Source: Longivirga aurantiaca
GTDB lineage: Bacteria > Actinomycetota > Actinomycetes > S36-B12 > CAIYMF01
DNA length: 32,000 nucleotides
Assembly: GCF_042660085.1 (NCBI RefSeq)
Contig: NZ_JBHSTI010000008.1
Coordinates: forward strand, 1,809,876-1,841,875
Direction: 5' to 3'
In this document: piece by piece, positions 28,101 to 32,000 of the stretch
Layout: each line of letters begins with the position of its first letter
Position numbering within the stretch: position 1 is the first letter of the stretch
Program-made: the position numbers and the translations under genes
Notes under the pieces: generated by a model
Seen by the model: only the letters and a program-made list of their open reading frames with translations
Told to the model about the DNA's origin: nothing
Databases searched by the model: none

Positions 28101-29399
28101 GCGGGTGCGCGGGAGGTAGTCGGTGAGCGCGGCCTCGCACCGGGCTCGCAGGTGCCGGTCGGCCTCGAGCGCCTCGGCCGCGAGCGCCGTCGGGCCGCGG
28201 TCGCGGACGGCGCTGCTGCTGCCTGCCGTGCGCGCGGGCAGCAGGAGGTCGAGCTCGGGCACGTGCACCTCGCCGATCCCGAGGTCGGCGACGGGGTCGA
28301 GCCGGCAGGCCTCGGCGAGGGTGCGGGTGTCGGCGAGCAGGCGGTCGACCTCGCGCTGCTCGCTGCTGCCCGAGGCCGTGCCCGACATCCGCACCACCTC
28401 GCGGGCCACCTGCTCCATCCGCAGGCCGTCGGCGAGGTGCCCCTCGCCGTTGGCGCGGTCGAGGTGGCGGGAGTCGAGCGGCACGAGTCGGCGGATGGCG
28501 TCGAGGACGTCGACCACCGGCGCCTGGTCGCGCTCGGCGTGCCGCACGGCGTTGGTGAGCACCGCGGGCAGGTCGTGCTCGCGGGCGAAGGCGAGCATCC
28601 GGGCGGCGAACGCCGAGGAGTAGGGCAGACCGCGGGTGCGGGCGCCGGACAGGTCGGTGGTCGCCGTCGCGGAGTCGCGGGCGCGGTGGCTCACCACCTC
28701 GATCGCGAGCCGTCGCCCGAACGCCGCGCGCCACGGGGCGAGGGCGGTGAGGGCGAGGTCGGGACGTCGTCGCGCGAGCGCCCGGCCGACCTCGGACTCC
28801 GGGCCGAGCAGCACGACGAGGCCGTCGCTGTGCCGGGCGACGACCTCGGGCGTGGTGACGGGCGCACCGCGCACCGCCTGCTCCCCCGGCAGGGCGTCCG
28901 AGCCGAGGCCGAGGTGCGCGGCGGACACGAGCCGGCACAGCGACGCCCAGCCGGTGCGTCCGCGTGCGAGCAGCACGACCCGCGGGTGCCGCGGGTCGAC
29001 CTCGGCACCGCCGCGCGCGGGGGTGCGGCGCGCGGGCTGGGCCCGTGTGCTGCTCGTGCGCTCGGCGAGGGTCGGGCCGGCGCCGAGCCGGCCGGCCGCG
29101 GTGCGCTGCACCCGGGACCCGAGCCCGGCACGCCCGGTGCCGCCGGTGACCGAGCCGAGCGTCGGAACCTCGAGACCAGCGCGGACCGCGAGGTCGAGGC
29201 CGAGGATCGGGGCGATCCCGGCGTCGCGGCAGGCGAGGACGAACCGCACCGCGCCGTACAGGCCGTCGCGGTCGGTGAGGGCGAGGGAGTCCTGCCCGAG
29301 GTCGGCCGCCCGCGCCACGAGCGCAGCCGGGCTGCTCGCGCCGTGGCGCAGGGAGTAGCCCGAGGCGACGTGGAGGTGGACGAAGGGGTCGTCGGCCAC
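25146..29399 (-). CDS. dnaE2: Error-prone DNA polymerase, DnaE2/ImuC type (C-family alpha subunit), unusually long (1417 aa)
   Basis: This is the C-terminal part of ORF 25146..29702, from the GTG at 29399 (VADDPFVHLHVASGYSLRHGAS). Palm motifs are LPDIDVDVES, KLDVLGIRMQS and LGCFQIESPGQREL. It also carries KSFGFCKAHAAAFA-like, OB-fold (VLVAGVKVATQTPPVRSGRRVVFLTLDDSTG) and tail (ASGFRQSPYADIKP ... KLWHSSPGSSGW) segments that I recall as DnaE2-specific. Confidence 0.88.
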   Translation of the reverse strand: MADDPFVHLHVASGYSLRHGASSPAALVARAADLGQDSLALTDRDGLYGAVRFVLACRDAGIAPILGLDLAVRAGLEVPTLGSVTGGTGRAGLGSRVQRTAAGRLGAGPTLAERTSSTRAQPARRTPARGGAEVDPRHPRVVLLARGRTGWASLCRLVSAAHLGLGSDALPGEQAVRGAPVTTPEVVARHSDGLVVLLGPESEVGRALARRRPDLALTALAPWRAAFGRRLAIEVVSHRARDSATATTDLSGARTRGLPYSSAFAARMLAFAREHDLPAVLTNAVRHAERDQAPVVDVLDAIRRLVPLDSRHLDRANGEGHLADGLRMEQVAREVVRMSGTASGSSEQREVDRLLADTRTLAEACRLDPVADLGIGEVHVPELDLLLPARTAGSSSAVRDRGPTALAAEALEADRHLRARCEAALTDYLPRTRRTRADRARQARERLDAELETIGVLGFAGYFLTVGEVVDLIKGMDVRVTARGSGAGSLVNHLLGISGVDPLAHGLLMERFLSPLRRALPDIDVDVESARRTEVYERILERFGGERCACVSMRDTYRVRHAVRDVGAALGMPPGEIDAFATAFPHIRARDARNALQELPELRASGLGRLAARGELDGFLTLVEALDGLPRHIALHPCGVLLSDATLLDRTPVEASWMGFPMSQFDKDDVEELGLLKLDVLGIRMQSSMAYALTEIERVDGETVDLDAVPHDDEATFALIKSAHTLGCFQIESPGQRELVGKFAPETFGDLITDISLFRPGPVKSDMVTPFLRARQGWNDPVYLHPALRPALEETYGVVVFHEQVLRLVAVMTGCSLAEADEVRRSMGSPEGQQDVRAWFYPASRAEGYELATIEKVWDVLKAFASFGFCKAHAAAFALPTYHSAWLKAHHPAAFLAGVLTHDPGMYPKRLILDDARNLGIAVLSLDVNASVGTYSVEKVSPYDEPPPEILDERPRRGPDVPGLPDGSAYGIRLSLADVKGITDAEVERIVAGRPYGSLSDFWTRARVSRPVVERLVVAGGFDSLYGIGLSSPVRRRGRVTRRDLLLQVADLDRHTRATTRAAKAAAPRSAGKRRDLPLGPTGIPLGVTVDADRDTVRAARRQAQGPAAATTAADLDVQLALDLGDAPGEVAASGLPEMTDAERVRAELEVLGLDASRHLVDFYAPMLDALGVARSRDLLGRRSQSEVLVAGVKVATQTPPVRSGRRVVFLTLDDSTGPVDATFFEDAQGPYAATVFGSWLLLVRGVIRRTGPRGISLRATGAWELGVVHDAWRAGGLPAVAAILDDGGTRDDSDEAAVAGRAGSRSTRPVAVVPAAAQGAQYGGPGGLGAAASSGGAGPAAGGMGQRGSELSGDERVRRVLVHASGFRQSPYADIKPQGVDAADTRGQAGTEKERAKEKKEAPSKLWHSSPGSSGW

Positions 29400-29403
29400 G
29401 GCC

Positions 29404-30090
29404 TTACGACACTGCTGCGGAGGGACCGCCGAGCAGCGGCTGGTGCGGCACGCCGAGCAGCCGGGCGACCCGGGCGAGGAAGGCCTCGGCGTCGCGGACG
29501 AGGTCGTCGGCCTCGCGCTCGCTGACGACGCCGCGCAGCCCTGCCTCGGCCGCGGCGCGCTTGCCCGCGCCGGCCGCGAAGAACTGCGCCCACTCGCCGA
29601 GCTCGGGGGCCACCTCGGCGAGCAGCACCCAGGCGCTGCGCAGCCGGGCCGAGCGCTTGCCGCGCGGACGGGCCCGGGCCGCGAGCACCGCGGCGGCGGC
29701 ACGCAGCGCCGAGAGATGGGCGCGGGCGTAGCGCAGCCCGGTGTCGTCGGTGGAGCCGGCGGCGAGCAGCTCGCGCGCGGCCCCGGCGAGCAGGTCGCGG
29801 CTCGCGGCCGGGACCGAGGGCACCGGGGTGGCGGGCAGCGCGTCGGGCGGCACCGGGGTGAGCCCGACCTCGAGGTCGGGCCGGGGCCGGGTCTCGGCGG
29901 TGGCGGTCATGGCGGCTCCTCCCGGGGTCGGTGCGTCAGAGGCGGGTGCGGGGACGTCGGCGGGCTCGGGCAGCAGCGGCTCGGTGAGGACGAGCTGCAG
30001 CCCCCGGACGGGCGGGCGGAGGCGGACCGGGCGGCCCGGTGCCGGGCTGCGTCGGCCATGAACGCCGCTGCGGGTGCGGGTGCTGGACAT
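29404..30090 (-). CDS. SAV_6107-type HEPN-like domain protein with a Pro-rich N-terminal region (228 aa; alternative start at 29910 gives 168 aa)
   Basis: The ATG at 30090 is preceded by GGAGG (5-nt spacer), 12 nt after the upstream stop. The C-terminal helical domain is LRYARAHLSALRAAAAVLAARARP...SAWVLLAEVAPELGEWAQFFAAGAGKRAAAEAGLRGVVSEREADDLVRDAEAFLARV, which matches my memory of the actinobacterial SAV_6107 HEPN family. Its TAA stop lies 4 nt before the dnaE2 GTG. Confidence 0.6.
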   Translation of the reverse strand: MSSTRTRSGVHGRRSPAPGRPVRLRPPVRGLQLVLTEPLLPEPADVPAPASDAPTPGGAAMTATAETRPRPDLEVGLTPVPPDALPATPVPSVPAASRDLLAGAARELLAAGSTDDTGLRYARAHLSALRAAAAVLAARARPRGKRSARLRSAWVLLAEVAPELGEWAQFFAAGAGKRAAAEAGLRGVVSEREADDLVRDAEAFLARVARLLGVPHQPLLGGPSAAVS

Positions 30091-30102
30091 CGGGACCTCC
30101 GA

Positions 30103-30552
30103 TCAGTCGAGGGTGCGCGCGAGGCGCCACCGGGTGGGGACGGGCGGGCGGACCGTGGGGTCGTCGAGCAGGGCGGCCGCGGCGGCGGGGACGTCGCGCA
30201 CGAGGTCGTACACGCCGACCGAGGACGAGCGGCCCGCCCGTGCCTCGACCCGCCAGACCTCGCGCTCCACCGCACCGACGTCGAAGGCGACCGAGCGCCG
30301 CGGGGCCTCCCGGGCCTCCGCCGCCTCGGGGTCCTCGGGTGCCTGCGACCCGGCCGTCGCACCGACGGCGACGGGACGGCGACGGCGGGAGCCGGAGCCG
30401 ACCCACCACGTGCCGAGCTCGATCCAGTGGGCGAGCACCGCGCGGACGACGTAGAGCCGGCCGCGCCACAGGAACTGCGCCGGGGCCACCTCGAGGGTGT
30501 CGAGGCTCACCGGTGCCGTGCGGACCTGCACGGCCTCGCCGTAGCTGCGCAT
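30103..30552 (-). CDS. DUF6504-like small protein (149 aa)
   Basis: The ATG at 30552 is preceded by GGGAGGGAG. The product is MRSYGEAVQVR...PAQFLWRGRLYVVRAVLAHWIELGTWW...EREVWRVEARAG...GVYDLVRD...RWRLARTLD, which matches my recollection of the DUF6504 pattern. The frame stays open upstream to 30744, but there codon third positions become less G/C-biased. Confidence 0.6.
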   Translation of the reverse strand: MRSYGEAVQVRTAPVSLDTLEVAPAQFLWRGRLYVVRAVLAHWIELGTWWVGSGSRRRRPVAVGATAGSQAPEDPEAAEAREAPRRSVAFDVGAVEREVWRVEARAGRSSSVGVYDLVRDVPAAAAALLDDPTVRPPVPTRWRLARTLD

Positions 30553-30705
30553 GACGGTCTCCCTCCCCGGCTCGTGGCCGGGTGCTCGTCCGGCGCGCGC
30601 CCGGACGGGCGGCGCGACCGGCCGGGGGAAGGCGACCGGCGGGCACCCGGCCCCGCCCGTCGGACCCGGCGCTTCCCCACGCCGAGGCCCGACTGCGGGA
30701 CCGAC

Positions 30706-30745
30706 GGTGGGCCCGTGGGGACCGCGAGCTCCCCACGGGCCCACC
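30706..30745. repeat. Perfect 16-bp inverted repeat (GGTGGGCCCGTGGGGA-ccgcgagc-TCCCCACGGGCCCACC) in the leader of the DUF6504-like gene
   Basis: I read this directly from the sequence, with arms at 30706-30721 and 30730-30745. It lies between the LexA box and the DUF6504-like start codon. Confidence 0.85.
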
Positions 30746-30839
30746 GCGCCCCGCCCGCGGCAGCCGCGAATCCGCCGCGTGCGAGAGCTGGTGGTGCCCG
30801 TCGCCCGAACCGGTGGCCCGACCCTCCCGCGAGAGAGGA

Positions 30840-30855
30840 TCGAACACCTGTTCGA
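30840..30855. promoter_or_regulatory. LexA (SOS) box, a perfect match to the actinobacterial consensus TCGAAC-N4-GTTCGA
   Basis: The sequence TCGAACACCTGTTCGA is a perfect palindrome. It lies 9 nt downstream of the minus-strand -10 hexamer, so it covers the predicted TSS of the DUF6504-like/HEPN-like/dnaE2 operon. Confidence 0.8.
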
Positions 30856-30864
30856 ACACGACCT

Positions 30865-30895
30865 ACCGTAGCCCCCACCCCCGACAGCGCGTCAA
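30865..30895 (-). promoter_or_regulatory. Damage-inducible promoter: TTGACG ... TGTCGGGG-N8-TACGGT (RecA-NDp/PafBC-type motif plus -10)
   Basis: The minus strand reads TTGACGCGCTGTCGGGGGTGGGGGCTACGGT. TGTCGGGG (30879-30886), an 8-nt spacer and TACGGT (30865-30870) fit tTGTCRgtg-N8-TAnnnT. A TTGACG hexamer (30890-30895) lies 19 nt upstream of the -10. Confidence 0.45.
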
Positions 30896-30932
30896 GCCCT
30901 GGTCCGTCCGGCGTGCGGGCGCTGTCCGCCCC

Positions 30933-30938
30933 TACGCT
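30933..30938 (+). promoter_or_regulatory. -10 hexamer TACGCT placed 6 nt upstream of the ATG of the YbaK-like gene (predicted leaderless mRNA)
   Basis: The plus strand reads CCCTACGCT-ctggcc-ATG. There is no SD. Confidence 0.35.
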
Positions 30939-30944
30939 CTGGCC

Positions 30945-31532
30945 ATGGATCCCCACGGCAGCGAGACCGACGACGGCGTCCACGACGCCGGGCCCCCGCA
31001 CGCGGGGGTCAACGCCGACGGCACGCTCGCCGTCGCGGCGCCCGACCTCACGGGCCTGCACCCCAACGCCGTGACCGTCGCCCAGGCCCTTGCCGGGCTC
31101 GGCGTCGCGGGCACCGTGCGCGCGCTGCCCGAGCCCGCGCCCACGGCCGCCACCGCGGCCGCCCAGCTCGGCTGCGAGGTCGGCGCGATCGCCAACTCGC
31201 TCGTGTTCGACGCCGACGGCAGGCCGCTGCTCGTGCTCACCTCCGGCGCGCACCGCGCCGACACCTTCGCGCTCGCCAGCCTCGTCGGCGCGTCGCAGGT
31301 GAAGCGCGCGACGCCGGAGTTCGTCCGCCAGCACACCGGCCAGCCCATCGGCGGCGTCGCGCCCGTGGGGCACCCGCACCCGCTGCGCACGGTGGTCGAC
31401 GTCGAGCTCTCCCGCCACGACGTCGTCTGGGCGGCCGGCGGCCACCCGCACTACGTCTTCCCCACGACCTACGACGAGCTGCTGCGCATCACCGCCGGCG
31501 AGGCCGCCGAGGTCGGCGAGGGCAAGGCCTGA
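30945..31532 (+). CDS. YbaK/EbsC-family aminoacyl-tRNA deacylase domain protein (195 aa)
   Basis: The gene runs from the ATG at 30945 (MDPHGSE...). The product contains EVGAIANSLVF, LVLTSGAHRAD and GQPIGGVAPVGHP. The upstream part of ORF 30582..31532 runs through the LexA/promoter region and was rejected. Confidence 0.78.
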   Translation: MDPHGSETDDGVHDAGPPHAGVNADGTLAVAAPDLTGLHPNAVTVAQALAGLGVAGTVRALPEPAPTAATAAAQLGCEVGAIANSLVFDADGRPLLVLTSGAHRADTFALASLVGASQVKRATPEFVRQHTGQPIGGVAPVGHPHPLRTVVDVELSRHDVVWAAGGHPHYVFPTTYDELLRITAGEAAEVGEGKA

Positions 31533-31538
31533 CCCCCA

Positions 31539-31596
31539 CCTCACGCACGGGAGTGCCAGAAAACCCCTGCTGTTTCTGGCACTTCCATACGTGAGG
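31539..31596. terminator. Nested bidirectional stem-loop between the convergent YbaK-like and PhnB-like genes
   Basis: The inner stem is AGTGCCAGAAA (31552-31562) / TTTCTGGCACT (31573-31583), 11 bp perfect with a 10-nt loop. The outer arms are CCTCACG (31539-31545) / CGTGAGG (31590-31596). This stretch is locally A/T-richer than its surroundings. Confidence 0.6.
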
Positions 31597-31598
31597 CG

Positions 31599-32000
31599 CT
31601 ACTCGCCGGCGTACGCCGCCTCGAGGGTCGCGACGTCGAGACGGCTCATCGCGAGCATCGCCACCATCGCGCGCTGCGCGCCGTCCGGGTCGGCACCCCC
31701 GAGCAGCTCGTAGAGGCGCGTCGGCACGATCTGCCAGCTGATCCCCCACCGGTCGACGAGCCAGCCGCACTGGCTCTCGCGGCCCCCGCCGGCCAGCAGC
31801 CCGTCCCAGTAGTGGTCGACCTCCTCCTGCGAGCCGCACGACACGAGGAACGACGTCGCCTCGCTGTGCGCGAACTGCGCCGGCCCGCCGTTGAGGCCCA
31901 TGAGCTCGCGCCCGTGCAGCGACACCGTCATCGTCAGCACCTGGCCGGCCGCTATGCCCGGCACGCCCTCTCCCGCATGCGACGCGCCCAGCACGGAGGC
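31599..32000 (-). CDS. PhnB-like / 3-demethylubiquinone-9 3-methyltransferase-domain (VOC/glyoxalase fold) protein, probably 5'-truncated by the window edge
   Basis: ORF 31599..31994 contains FLVSCGSQEEVDHYWDGLLAGG and ESQCGWLVDRWGISWQIVP. The frame remains open to position 32000. Confidence 0.7.
   Translation of the reverse strand, partial: ASVLGASHAGEGVPGIAAGQVLTMTVSLHGRELMGLNGGPAQFAHSEATSFLVSCGSQEEVDHYWDGLLAGGGRESQCGWLVDRWGISWQIVPTRLYELLGGADPDGAQRAMVAMLAMSRLDVATLEAAYAGE

Noticed and set aside
24900-29525. A 1541-aa plus-strand ORF antisense to dnaE2. Similar very long antisense or alternative-frame ORFs include 7847..10042 (+), 15352..17367 (-), 19951..23019 (+), 20141..22990 (-), 25024..28938 (-) and 23487..25082 (-).
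   Set aside because: Their products are Arg/Gly/Ala/Pro-dominated low-complexity strings with no recognisable domains. They lie opposite to, or out of frame with, ORFs that have clear family motifs. This is the expected stop-codon-poor artefact of very GC-rich DNA.
30840-30869. I considered whether the LexA box regulates the plus-strand YbaK-like gene, via the plus-strand TACCGT at 30864-30869.
   Set aside because: The YbaK-like ATG has its own TACGCT-N6-ATG leaderless arrangement about 80 nt further downstream. The plus-strand reading lacks a convincing -35. Bidirectional control cannot be fully excluded without TSS data.

Overview
This window is very GC-rich DNA of actinobacterial type, with third codon positions almost all G/C. 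As a result every frame carries long spurious ORFs, and I kept only those with recognisable families, start signals or tight gene junctions. Positions 1-12251 on the minus strand hold a canonical dcw (division/cell-wall) cluster: mraZ-(49-aa micro-ORF)-rsmH-ftsL-like-ftsI-murE-murF-mraY-murD-ftsW-murG-murC'. Most junctions are 4-nt ATGA/GTGA overlaps. A recognisable Pmra promoter is overlapped by three GTGG(A/T) direct repeats at 10-bp spacing, which look like MraZ operators. Positions 12.5-23.5 kb hold small accessory units: an RDD membrane protein coupled to a VDL-repeat protein, a stand-alone cNMP-binding protein, an HNH-like protein, a MaoC dehydratase, a patatin-like lipase, a FetAB-like ABC exporter, a MoxR-DUF58-transglutaminase trio and a DUF3040 protein. 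The most interesting region is 23.7-30.9 kb on the minus strand. A perfect actinobacterial LexA box (TCGAAC-N4-GTTCGA) sits just downstream of a RecA-NDp/PafBC-like promoter motif. These precede a ~300-nt structured leader and an apparent operon: DUF6504-like, SAV_6107-type HEPN-like, an oversized DnaE2-type polymerase, a 15-bp x3.5 tandem repeat carrying in-frame stops, and a catalytically intact DinB. No imuA'/imuB is present in the window, so I flag this as a candidate non-canonical SOS mutagenesis module. The right end holds a leaderless YbaK-like deacylase gene and a partial PhnB/VOC-like gene. I found no rRNA, tRNA, CRISPR array or mobile element.
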